Shown: positions 1 through 8,790 of the stretch, piece after piece
Position numbering within the stretch: position 1 is the first letter of the stretch
How the letters are laid out: the number at the start of each line of letters is the position of its first letter
Source: Planctomycetota bacterium
GTDB lineage: Bacteria; Planctomycetota; Brocadiia; JAADGH01
Length of the DNA: 64,000 nt
Direction: 5' to 3'
Assembly (NCBI GenBank): GCA_040755855.1
Contig: JBFMAD010000003.1
Coordinates: 64,001 to 128,000, forward strand
The notes under the pieces: generated by a model
Database searches by the model: none
What the model was told of the DNA's origin: nothing
Seen by the model: the letters and a program-made list of their open reading frames with translations, nothing else
Translations under genes and position numbers: made by a program

Positions 1-1
1 C

Positions 2-247
2 AAACCGAGGGAGGAGAAGGACAACCCGGCAGGGCTGAATCTGACGAAGATGCGGCGATACATCCGGGAGGCCGTGGAGATCTTCAAGGCCCGCGGCGAT
101 AAGAACATCCACTACGTGGACGGCCTGACGCTCCTCGGTCCCGACCATGCCCACCTACAGCCGGACGACTGCCACCCAAACGCGGAGGGATACAAGTTGC
201 TCGGTCGGAACTTCATCCGCGAGGCGGCGGAGAAGTATTTCGTTTGA
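2..247 (+). CDS. SGNH/GDSL hydrolase family protein, C-terminal part (5' truncated by window)
   Basis: Frame open from window start; C-terminal DxxHPNxxGY block (DDCHPNAEGY) typical of SGNH hydrolases. Confidence 0.7.
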   Translation, partial: KPREEKDNPAGLNLTKMRRYIREAVEIFKARGDKNIHYVDGLTLLGPDHAHLQPDDCHPNAEGYKLLGRNFIREAAEKYFV

Positions 248-265
248 CAACAAACCAACTGTACT

Positions 266-293
266 CTCCCGGAGGTTTGGAACCTACGGGAGG
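266..293. repeat. REP-like palindrome, CTCCCGGAGGT...AACCT(A/C)CGGGAGG family
   Basis: Imperfect inverted repeat; near-identical copy at 15279-15306. Confidence 0.65.
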
Positions 294-325
294 GTCGCTT
301 TACCGAGGGAGGTAAGGATTCAACC

Positions 326-1108
326 ATGAAACCGAAAAGCATTCTCTGGGCGGATCATCCCTGGGAGGAACTCGCGCAGATCGCCAAGGCCGGGGCTGTG
401 GTCGTGGCCCCGTTCGGCTCGACGGAGCAGCACGGGCCGATGCTGCCCGTGGAGACGGACATTCGCATCGCCGAAAAGGTGGCCGCCGAAGGGGCCGCAG
501 TCGCGGCGCGAAAACACGACGTGCCGGTTCTCGTGCTCCCGACAATGCCCGTGGGCCTGGCGCTGCACCACATGCGGTTTGCGGGGACGCTATCGTTTCA
601 GCCGGAGACCTACGTGAAAGTCGTCGCGGAGATTCTGGAGTCCGTGGTGAAGCACGGCTTCCGAAAGATCGCCGTCATCTCCGGTCACGGCGGCAACGAT
701 CCGGGGCTGAAGCTGGGGATCGAGAAGGTGGTGTATCATTCGCCCAAGCCGCTCCGCATCGCCCAGTATCCCGGGTGGAACGAGCCGGAGTTTGCGCGAC
801 GTCGGCAGGAGGCGTTCAAGGACGCCCCCTCGGAGGGCCAAATGGGCATCCACGCCGCTCGGTCGGAGACGGCGTGCACCCTGGCGGACAGGCCGCACCT
901 CGTCCGCCGCGATCGGATGGTGAAACCGCAGTTGAAGCTCAAGACTGTGCCGGAGTGGTGGTGGAGAACCGATGAGTTGTCCGAGACGGGCGCGTTCGGC
1001 GACCCTTCGATAGCCACCGCCGAATTCGGCCAGAAGATGTGGGACATCTGGGCCGAAGCCGTCGGCTTGTTCATCAAGCGCCTGTGGGAGACGAATCTGT
1101 CGGAGTAA
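326..1108 (+). CDS. Creatininase (creatinine amidohydrolase/MftE) family protein
   Basis: Motifs GSTEQHG, D, SGHGGN, HAARSET. Confidence 0.9.
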   Translation: MKPKSILWADHPWEELAQIAKAGAVVVAPFGSTEQHGPMLPVETDIRIAEKVAAEGAAVAARKHDVPVLVLPTMPVGLALHHMRFAGTLSFQPETYVKVVAEILESVVKHGFRKIAVISGHGGNDPGLKLGIEKVVYHSPKPLRIAQYPGWNEPEFARRRQEAFKDAPSEGQMGIHAARSETACTLADRPHLVRRDRMVKPQLKLKTVPEWWWRTDELSETGAFGDPSIATAEFGQKMWDIWAEAVGLFIKRLWETNLSE

Positions 1109-2183
1109 GACAGCGACAGAGCGCCCGAAACGTCTTTCCCACCCGCATCGTCCGCTCCGCCGCGGCATACCATCCCTGAGGGGCGTACTCCGAGGTGTGA
1201 AGCCGGCACTGGATGCGGACGTCCGCGCTGCCGTCGGTGAAGGTGAGCAGGCGGCTCATGGGGACCATGTGCTCCTTGTGGCCGTGGTGGCGCGAAAGGG
1301 CCGCGACATTGACGAACGTGACGCCCCACTTGCGCTCGATGTGCGCCCGCCCGCCCGCGCGGTCGTCGGGGTTTGCATGGGTGTGCGCGCCGAGCCAGAT
1401 GTCAATCGCGCCGGGATGCCCGGCGAGATAGCCCTCGAAGGCCTGCGCGTCGGGCCGGCCGTCCACGAAGTAGAGATACGATGCACCCTCCGGCCCGCCG
1501 TCGGGGAAGTAGCCGTGGTAGTTGCCTTTCCAGTGACCCTTCTTGTCCTTGACGAATCCCTCCCACGGCCCGGAGGCGACGGTCGTCTCCTTGAGCATGT
1601 GGTGGTGGCACGAGATGATGATGCAGTCGCGGTTCGCCTCGACCATCCCCTTCCACCACTCAAACGTCTCGCTGGTCACCGCGCCTGCGGGATAGCCGCC
1701 CCTCGCCCCTCGTCCGACGGGCGGGCCGCCGTCGTTGCGATCGCCCATCATCAGGAAGAGGATGTTGCCCACGCGGAACGAGTAGCGCTCCCACGTGCCC
1801 TCGATGGGGTAGGGCCGCCGGGCAGCGTTGACGCCCGAGTGCTCCGTGTGCTCGCCGGTCGGGTCAATCCACTTGCGGAACCACCATTGGCACGGCTCGT
1901 CCGGGCCGCTCGCGTCGTGGTTGCCCACGAGGCAGTAGAACTGCTCGCGGGTGTGCTTCCTGAGCGCGCCGAACTGTTTGACGACAAGCCGCCCCTCCTC
2001 GTCATCCGGCGGGGTCTGCGTGCCGGAGAAATCGCCCAGGCAGACGGCGATGTCCCACTCGAACGCTCCCGACTCGCTCTGGCGAATGGCATCGGCCAGG
2101 CTTTCTCGACCGGCGGCCCGCAGGTCCGTACCGACATGCGGGCAGCCCGACGCCCACAGATGAAAGACGTTTCCTTCTGACAT
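1074..2183 (-). CDS. Calcineurin-like metallophosphoesterase
   Basis: LGDFS, VGNHD, HHH and GAHTH motifs; GAGGAGG SD upstream; 35-nt convergent overlap with the creatininase gene. Confidence 0.8.
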   Translation of the reverse strand: MSEGNVFHLWASGCPHVGTDLRAAGRESLADAIRQSESGAFEWDIAVCLGDFSGTQTPPDDEEGRLVVKQFGALRKHTREQFYCLVGNHDASGPDEPCQWWFRKWIDPTGEHTEHSGVNAARRPYPIEGTWERYSFRVGNILFLMMGDRNDGGPPVGRGARGGYPAGAVTSETFEWWKGMVEANRDCIIISCHHHMLKETTVASGPWEGFVKDKKGHWKGNYHGYFPDGGPEGASYLYFVDGRPDAQAFEGYLAGHPGAIDIWLGAHTHANPDDRAGGRAHIERKWGVTFVNVAALSRHHGHKEHMVPMSRLLTFTDGSADVRIQCRLHTSEYAPQGWYAAAERTMRVGKTFRALCRCLTPTDSSPTGA

Positions 2184-2336
2184 GCTGCGGTGTCCTCCTC
2201 GGATTCACACCGCATTCATTGTAGCATATTTCCTGTGGGGAGGTTGATTTTCCGGCGTGTTTTGATGAAAATAGAACCCCGGCGGGCGGCCGAAAACAGC
2301 CGCCCATGTTTTTTCACTGAACAGGAGATGCGTACC

Positions 2337-3821
2337 ATGAAGCAGCGACCGAACATCCTTTTCCTCATGAGCGATCAGCACAACGCCTCGTGCATGGGCG
2401 CGATGGGGCACCCAAACGTCCGAACGCCGAGCCTGGACAAGGTGGCGCAGGAGGGCGTGCTCTTCACGAGCGCCTTCGCAAACAATCCCATTTGTTCGCC
2501 GTCGCGAATCTGCTTCATGACCGGCCAGTACTGCCACACCCACCGCATCCTCGGCAACAACAACTTCGAGAACGACGATACAAACCCACACACCCTCGGC
2601 GCGCAGCTCCGGCGCCACGGCTACCAGACAGCCCTCATCGGCAAGGCGCATATGATCAAGAAGTGGGACGATGATGCCTTCGAGCACATCCGCTACTGCG
2701 ACCTCGCCGATACCGAGCGCGTCAACCCCCTGAGCAACCACTACTACAAGCACCTCGTGGACAACGGCCTCGGCGACCTGTACGAGGACGGCGCCCTGCC
2801 GAAGGACCACCCCTACCACAAGCAGCGCTACGCCACGGCCCAGCTCCCCTACGAACACTCGCTGGAGCACTGGACCGGCTCAGAGACGATCCTGTTCCTC
2901 GAACAGCGCGACACGCGCCGGCCGTTCTTCATCCACATGAGCTTCGAGCGGCCGCACCCGAACTGGATGCCGTCGGCGGAGCATGTGAATCTCTACAACC
3001 CGGACGACCTGATCCTTCCCGACAACGCTTTCGACTGGTTCGAGAACCAGTTCAGCGGCCATTGCGAACTGATCCGTACGCGGGCGCGACACCGCGCCAG
3101 GAGCGAGGCTGAGCTGAAGAAGATCCTTGCCCACCATTTCGCCCTCGTCACGGTGATTGACATGGAGATCGGCCGCGTGCTCGACTGGCTGCGCGCGCAC
3201 AGGGAATATGAGAACACGGTCATCGTCTATACCGCCGACCACGGCGACTTCGCCGGCGACCACGGAATCTATGACAAGAACCTGGGCATCTTTGAATCCA
3301 TCCATCGCATCCCGTTTATCCTGAAGTACCCCGACGGGCCGAGAGGCCGGACGTGCGATGAGATCATCGAGTCGGTTGACCTCTACCGGACATTGTGCGA
3401 CCTGGCCGATGCGCCCACCCCGGAGTGCGTCGAGGGGCGATCCATCCTGCCCATCGCGGCGGGCGAGGCGTCGGGACGCGATTTAGCCATCTGCGAGTGG
3501 AACTTCCCACGGCCGCAGAGCCGGGTGAACGCCATCCGCACGCGGCGCTATCGCCTGGTCTATTACGACCACGAGATTGGCGGCGAGCTATACGATCACG
3601 AGACCGACCCCGGCGAGACGAAGGACCTGTGGAACGACCCGGCCATGCGCGGAGTGCGCATGGATCTGATGGAGATGCTCTTCGACCAGATTAACCAGTA
3701 TTCCCTCAAGAGCGACTATGACATGGACGCGAAGAAGGCCGAGCGCGACCGCTTCACGCCCTCCTACCTCGTCCACAAGAAGGCCAAAAAGTGGTCGGAT
3801 ATCGAGGGCCTGATCTCTTGA
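2337..3821 (+). CDS. Sulfatase (Cys-type, formylglycine-dependent)
   Basis: RPNILFLMSDQH start, CSPSR signature, GKAH, ADHGD; AGGAG SD. Confidence 0.93.
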   Translation: MKQRPNILFLMSDQHNASCMGAMGHPNVRTPSLDKVAQEGVLFTSAFANNPICSPSRICFMTGQYCHTHRILGNNNFENDDTNPHTLGAQLRRHGYQTALIGKAHMIKKWDDDAFEHIRYCDLADTERVNPLSNHYYKHLVDNGLGDLYEDGALPKDHPYHKQRYATAQLPYEHSLEHWTGSETILFLEQRDTRRPFFIHMSFERPHPNWMPSAEHVNLYNPDDLILPDNAFDWFENQFSGHCELIRTRARHRARSEAELKKILAHHFALVTVIDMEIGRVLDWLRAHREYENTVIVYTADHGDFAGDHGIYDKNLGIFESIHRIPFILKYPDGPRGRTCDEIIESVDLYRTLCDLADAPTPECVEGRSILPIAAGEASGRDLAICEWNFPRPQSRVNAIRTRRYRLVYYDHEIGGELYDHETDPGETKDLWNDPAMRGVRMDLMEMLFDQINQYSLKSDYDMDAKKAERDRFTPSYLVHKKAKKWSDIEGLIS

Positions 3822-3918
3822 GCCGGTTGGGGGGATGTTGAATTCTGCCGGAACTGATGCAGTCTTCGTCCAGGACCACAGCTGCCTGGCCGATGTCATT
3901 TCGTCGCCCCGGTTCATC

Positions 3919-4494
3919 TTATGCGTGGGCTGGCTGGCCGCCGTCAATCCAGTTCACCGGCACTCGATGAACCATGTCAATCAATCTGTCGGGGATCGCA
4001 TTCTGAACGCCGTTCATGCTGGCAAATCGCGTGAGATTGCGGATGCCGGTGAAGTCGTGCTTCTCCCAGAGCGCAAGCGCGAGGCCGTTATAGGCCAGTG
4101 AGAAGCGCGGGTCAATCTCCAGGGCCTTCGTGTAATCGCTGATCGCATGATCCACGTCTTCCATCCGCTGATACGCCGCGGCGCGGGCGCGATAGGCCCA
4201 GGCGTACAATGGATCGTGCATCAGGGCCTCTGTGTAACACGCGACCTCCTGCTTTGGCGTGCCGGCCATCTTGCCGCGGCTATAGGCCTCATAGGCGAGC
4301 ATGCTCCGCGTGCCGCACTCCCGCACCCAGTCCTCCTGCTCCGGGGTAAGATAGGGTGGGTTGAAGTGTTGAGCGACGCGGTCCAGGGTCAGCCTCAGCT
4401 GCTCCCAGGCGCCGGGCCCGACGCTATCTAGGATGAAATACGTGGAGACGACGAACCCGACGATGACCACGAATAAGCATAATGCAAACACCAT
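3919..4494 (-). CDS. Membrane-anchored tetratricopeptide-repeat protein
   Basis: N-terminal hydrophobic helix; TPR units (AISDYTKALEIDPRFSLAYNGLA); start uncertain. Confidence 0.7.
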   Translation of the reverse strand: MVFALCLFVVIVGFVVSTYFILDSVGPGAWEQLRLTLDRVAQHFNPPYLTPEQEDWVRECGTRSMLAYEAYSRGKMAGTPKQEVACYTEALMHDPLYAWAYRARAAAYQRMEDVDHAISDYTKALEIDPRFSLAYNGLALALWEKHDFTGIRNLTRFASMNGVQNAIPDRLIDMVHRVPVNWIDGGQPAHA

Positions 4495-4975
4495 CGCGCT
4501 GTCTCCATCTCTTGAACACAACTTGATGTCTTGCGGATGCCAGGACCAGGCCTACAGCAGACCAATTACCGTATGGGCGACCAGCGCCACGGCAAGCAGC
4601 ACGAGGACTGAGCGCACAAAGTGGTCTGGTCTGAACGGGCCTTCAACTCTGGCAAGGGCAAAACACATCGCTGAACCTCGCAAAGAATCGAGCCAAGATC
4701 GTGCGCAAGAGAACCGAGGTGTCCACGCACAGGGGCGGTTTGCGCACATGTGCGCTAATCATTGTAGCAAGCGTTATGCCGCCGACTTCCCGATGAAATA
4801 TAATTATATAACATATTTGTACAACAGATGTTAAGACAACATGATCCTATCGGTAATGCCAATCGCCTCAGATAATTTGTCCCAAAATGAAGCACTGTCA
4901 TTAGGTTTGTGTGGCTAAATGAGACGGTGCTACTGGCGGGTTGTGTACCCCTCTGCAACACCGTTTGATCTTTGC

Positions 4976-5004
4976 TTGACAGCTGCACACTGTCCCTGTA
5001 TAAG
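4976..5004 (+). promoter_or_regulatory. Putative sigma-70 promoter
   Basis: TTGACA-17bp-TATAAG about 60 bp upstream of the URO-D-family gene. Confidence 0.6.
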
Positions 5005-5064
5005 CATTTGGCGGGCAGGAGGCAGGTGGGAGAATGGCTACTCAGACACACCGGAGGAAAAGGC

Positions 5065-6066
5065 GTGAACAGCCTGGAACGATATCTTGGCGTGTTGAGA
5101 GGCGAGGCAGTGGACCATCTGCCGCGCGTGCCGATCCTGATGCAGTATGCCGCCGAGTACATCGGCTCGAATTACGGATCGTTCGCATCGGACCATAAGG
5201 TTCTGGTCGAGGCCAATCTCCGCTGCGCGGAGGACTTCGGCTTCGACCAGGTTAGCGCCATCTCCGACCCCTACCGCGAGACGCAGGGCTTCGGCGGGCA
5301 GGTGACCTACGTGCGCGACGGCGTGCCGCGCTGCACAGCCCCGATGAAGGACACCACCGACCTCTCCGTGCTCCAGAGGCCCGCCCCCCACAAGTCCGAG
5401 CGGATGCTCGATCGGGTAAACGCCATTCGGGCCTACAAAAAACGTTGCGGCGGACGTTACTCGATCCTCGGCTGGATCGAAGGCCCCGCCGCGGAGGCGG
5501 CGGACCTGCGGGAGGTGTCGAACTTCCTCATGGACGTAGCGTTGAACCGTGACTTTGCGTGCGACCTGATGGACCGGTGCGTTGACGTGGGCATCGAGTT
5601 CGCCCGCGCGCAGGTCGAGGCCGGGGCCGATACCATCGGCGTCGGCGACGCGATTGCAAGTCAGATGTCGCCGGCTATCTATGAGGAGATGATCCTGCCC
5701 CGCGAGCAACGCCTCTTCAGGGCGATCAAGGAAATGGGTGCTTTCATCAAGCTGCATATCTGTGGAAATATCACCCACCTCCTGCCCGGCATTGCCCAAC
5801 TGGACATAGACATGATTGATGTGGATCACATGGTGGACATCGCGGCTGTGCGCAAGGCGGTGGGGAGTCGGGTGGCCATCACGGGAAACATTGACCCCGT
5901 ATCGGGCGTGCGGAGGGGGATGCCGGGCGCGATCCGAAAAACGATGCGAGAGATCTACGAGAAGGTGGGCAATCCATATATGGTCAACGCCGGGTGCGAG
6001 ATTCCCTCCTGCGCGCCCGCGGAGAACCTGAAGGCCCTGTGCGAGCCGATCCCGTATCGCAGGTGA
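5065..6066 (+). CDS. Uroporphyrinogen decarboxylase-fold protein (MtaA/CmuA methyltransferase-like)
   Basis: LHICG Zn motif, GNIDPV, NAGCEIP, ENLKA; GTG start after GGAGG. Confidence 0.85.
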   Translation: MNSLERYLGVLRGEAVDHLPRVPILMQYAAEYIGSNYGSFASDHKVLVEANLRCAEDFGFDQVSAISDPYRETQGFGGQVTYVRDGVPRCTAPMKDTTDLSVLQRPAPHKSERMLDRVNAIRAYKKRCGGRYSILGWIEGPAAEAADLREVSNFLMDVALNRDFACDLMDRCVDVGIEFARAQVEAGADTIGVGDAIASQMSPAIYEEMILPREQRLFRAIKEMGAFIKLHICGNITHLLPGIAQLDIDMIDVDHMVDIAAVRKAVGSRVAITGNIDPVSGVRRGMPGAIRKTMREIYEKVGNPYMVNAGCEIPSCAPAENLKALCEPIPYRR

Positions 6067-6094
6067 TCGGCCCGCACAGCGCCATACGCTTTGG

Positions 6095-6139
6095 AAGACA
6101 CGCTCAACCCCGCGCAGACGCGGGGTTGAGCGTGGCACA
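6095..6139. repeat. REP-like palindrome, AAGACACGCTCAA...TTGAGCGTGGCACA family, copy 1
   Basis: Hairpin between convergent genes; same arms at 18179-18211 and 25607-25639. Confidence 0.85.
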
Positions 6140-6153
6140 TATCGTAATCGTTT

Positions 6154-7182
6154 TTACACCACGTCGCCCAGCAGCTTTGCCACCTTGACCGGCTTCCCGC
6201 GTTTGGCCGACTCGACGATTGCCACGCACGTGGCGACGGTCTTCGCCCCTTCGATCTCGTTGGTGAGGACGGGCTTGTCGCCCAGGATGCAATCAACGAA
6301 TTCGGCGATCTCGGCCGAGACGTTGTGGCTGGCGATGTTTACGGGGTGGCTCGTGAACTCCGGTCGGCCTGTGCCGACGCTCTTCTGCGAACAGAGCTGA
6401 ATCTGCGGACTCGTGTTGTCGCAGACGATGGTTCCCTCCGTGCCGTAGAAAACGCTGCGCATCGTGTAGGGCCGCACGCAGCCGATGGAGACCATCACCT
6501 TTCCAATGACGCCCTTGCCAAACTTCAGCGCCGCGATCGTGCAGTCGTTCAGCGGCCAATCCGCCAGACATTTGTGGTTGGCATAGGCGGAGACCTCCTC
6601 CACGTCGCCCGCGATCCACCGGAGCAGATCCACGGCATGGCACCCGCCGCCGATGACCGGTTCGCGCCGGGGATCAACGCGCCAGTCGCCCACGCCGCGG
6701 GCGTGGCGGTAGGTGTGGGCGTACTCGCTCTCGGCCAGGAATAGTTCGCCGATCTCGCCGCGCTCGACCATCTGCTTGGCCATGACAAAGCCCGGCGCGT
6801 AGCGGCATACCTGGCCGACCATGAACTTCCGACCGGTCTCGCGGACTGCCTTGATGATCTTCTTGGCCTCTTTCACGTCGAGGGTCAGCGGCTTCTCGCA
6901 GATGACATCCTTGCCCGCCTTCATGAAGGCGATGGACTGCTCGGCGTGGAAGTAGTCGGGCGTGGCGACAGAAACCACATCAATGTCCTTCGCATCGAGC
7001 AGTTCTTTGTAGTCCGTCACGGCGCGAGCGACGTTGAACTCTTTTTTTCTTTCTTCGAGCAGCGCCGCATCCTTGTCACAAATGGCCACAAGGTCCGTCT
7101 TCGGGTGGTTGACATAACCCGTTGCGTGGCCGCGCCCCATGCGCATACCGATGACAGCTGCGCCCAATCGTTCCTTGCTCAT
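6154..7182 (-). CDS. Gfo/Idh/MocA family oxidoreductase
   Basis: N-terminal Rossmann-like start, ATPDYFH, ICEKP, GCHAVDL. Confidence 0.92.
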   Translation of the reverse strand: MSKERLGAAVIGMRMGRGHATGYVNHPKTDLVAICDKDAALLEERKKEFNVARAVTDYKELLDAKDIDVVSVATPDYFHAEQSIAFMKAGKDVICEKPLTLDVKEAKKIIKAVRETGRKFMVGQVCRYAPGFVMAKQMVERGEIGELFLAESEYAHTYRHARGVGDWRVDPRREPVIGGGCHAVDLLRWIAGDVEEVSAYANHKCLADWPLNDCTIAALKFGKGVIGKVMVSIGCVRPYTMRSVFYGTEGTIVCDNTSPQIQLCSQKSVGTGRPEFTSHPVNIASHNVSAEIAEFVDCILGDKPVLTNEIEGAKTVATCVAIVESAKRGKPVKVAKLLGDVV

Positions 7183-7215
7183 CGAGTTCTCTCCAATGCT
7201 AATGCTACTTCGTTA

Positions 7216-8490
7216 CTACCTTGCGTATGCAGCCAAAACCTTCTTCATGCCCTTGACGCAGGCCCTCATCAGGTCCTTGCCGTAAGTCGGATGGGTGAAG
7301 AAGCTGAGCGTGCGCGGCCGCAGCCAACGCGCGTTCTCGCAGTTCACCTTGCTGTAATCCACCTGCTTTGGATCGGTGTATTCCTTGGACCGGAAGGGGA
7401 ACTTGTTCGGCCCAAAGCCGTGGTGCTCGCGGTAGGCCCTCTCCTGATACATCTCCGGCCACTGGATGGTGTAGCACGGCAGCCCCTCGGCGGCCAGCGC
7501 CTTCTGCACCTTCACCGCATCAACGGTCAGCTTGTCAATGTCGAGCACGATGGGGAACCACCAGTAGGCGTTCTGCCGCGCCTTCGTGTCCGGGGGCAGA
7601 TAGAGGATGCCCGGCACGCCCTTCAGTCCTTCCTGGAGCATCTTGCCGTTGCGGCGGCGTGCCGGCATGTTCCAGCGATCAAACCGCGCCAGCTCCCTCA
7701 GGCCGATGGCCGACTGGATCTCGGTCATGCGGTAGTTGAAGCCGACTCGCTTGTGGATGTACATGAGCTTGGCTTCCATCTCGAGCAGGTTCAGGCGCTC
7801 CTTCACGTCGTAGCCGTGATCGCGGAACGACCGGCACTCCCACGCGAGGTCCTCGTCGTCGGTGACCACCATGCCGCCCTCGCCGCCGGTGGTGAAGTGC
7901 TTGCTCTGGCAGAAGCTGTAGCAGCCGACGTCGCCGACGGTGGCGGTCTTCTTGCCCTTATACACGCCGCCGTGCGCCTGGGCGCAGTCCTCGATGACGA
8001 ATAGATTGTGCTTTTTTGCAATTTTCAAAATCGGGTCCATGTCCGCCACGATGCCGTAGAGGTGGACCACGATTATCGCCTTCGTCCGTTTGGTGATCTT
8101 GCTTTCAATTGACTTGGGGCTGATCATGTGGTCCTCTTTGTTCACATCCGCGAAGACCGGAATAGCCCCCGCCTGCAGGACGCAGAAGGACGAGGCGATG
8201 AAGGAGTACGACGTGACGATCACCTCGTCGCCCGGGCCGATGCCCAGCGCGGCGACGGCCGTGTGCAGGGCCGTCGTGCCGTTGCTGGTGCTGATGGCGT
8301 GGGCCGCGCCGTTCCACTTGGCGAACTTCTTCTCAAACTCCATCCCGCGCGGGCCGGTCCAGTAGTTCACGCGGCCCGTCTTGAGAATGTCCTCGATGTC
8401 TTTCATCACCTTCATGTCGAAGGCCGGCCACTGGGGCGCCGGCTTGTTCCATACCTTCGGTCCGCCGTCGATTGCCAGTTTCTCTGCCAT
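7216..8490 (-). CDS. DegT/DnrJ/EryC1/StrS PLP-dependent sugar aminotransferase
   Basis: KLAIDGGP start, SNGTTALH, IEDCAQA, SFCQSKHFTTGGEGG (PLP lysine), GFNYRMTE; true start at 8490. Confidence 0.93.
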   Translation of the reverse strand: MAEKLAIDGGPKVWNKPAPQWPAFDMKVMKDIEDILKTGRVNYWTGPRGMEFEKKFAKWNGAAHAISTSNGTTALHTAVAALGIGPGDEVIVTSYSFIASSFCVLQAGAIPVFADVNKEDHMISPKSIESKITKRTKAIIVVHLYGIVADMDPILKIAKKHNLFVIEDCAQAHGGVYKGKKTATVGDVGCYSFCQSKHFTTGGEGGMVVTDDEDLAWECRSFRDHGYDVKERLNLLEMEAKLMYIHKRVGFNYRMTEIQSAIGLRELARFDRWNMPARRRNGKMLQEGLKGVPGILYLPPDTKARQNAYWWFPIVLDIDKLTVDAVKVQKALAAEGLPCYTIQWPEMYQERAYREHHGFGPNKFPFRSKEYTDPKQVDYSKVNCENARWLRPRTLSFFTHPTYGKDLMRACVKGMKKVLAAYAR

Positions 8491-8560
8491 CTTCCCTTCT
8501 CCTTCCTCATCTGGAACGTGATCGGCAATGGGACTAAATGGAATACTTCCACAATACCAT

Positions 8561-8589
8561 ATTTTCCCGGCCCTCATAGCGCTTGTCAA
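8561..8589 (-). promoter_or_regulatory. Putative sigma-70 promoter of the aminotransferase operon
   Basis: Minus strand TTGACA-17bp-GAAAAT. Confidence 0.5.
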
Positions 8590-8675
8590 GCACTTTTTCG
8601 GAAAAAACCGAAAAAATCTCGACATGATAAAAATGGCTTCGTAGGCTGAATTATGGCCTGAAACAAAGAAAATGC

Positions 8676-8704
8676 TGGACAGGCCCTGTCCGGGCCGGTA
8701 TAAT
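8676..8704 (+). promoter_or_regulatory. Putative sigma-70 promoter of the ROK regulator
   Basis: TGGACA-17bp-TATAAT. Confidence 0.55.
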
Positions 8705-8790
8705 GCCCTCCGTGTTCGACGGATGGATGAGTCTGTGGGCGTAACCGCAGAACTGCACGATTTATGGAAAACTTCTAAGGAAAGATCGGG

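Noticed and set aside
4750..4960. AT-rich patch as a possible ncRNA or origin
   Set aside because: No stable structure or DnaA-box cluster was seen; consistent with a divergent promoter region.
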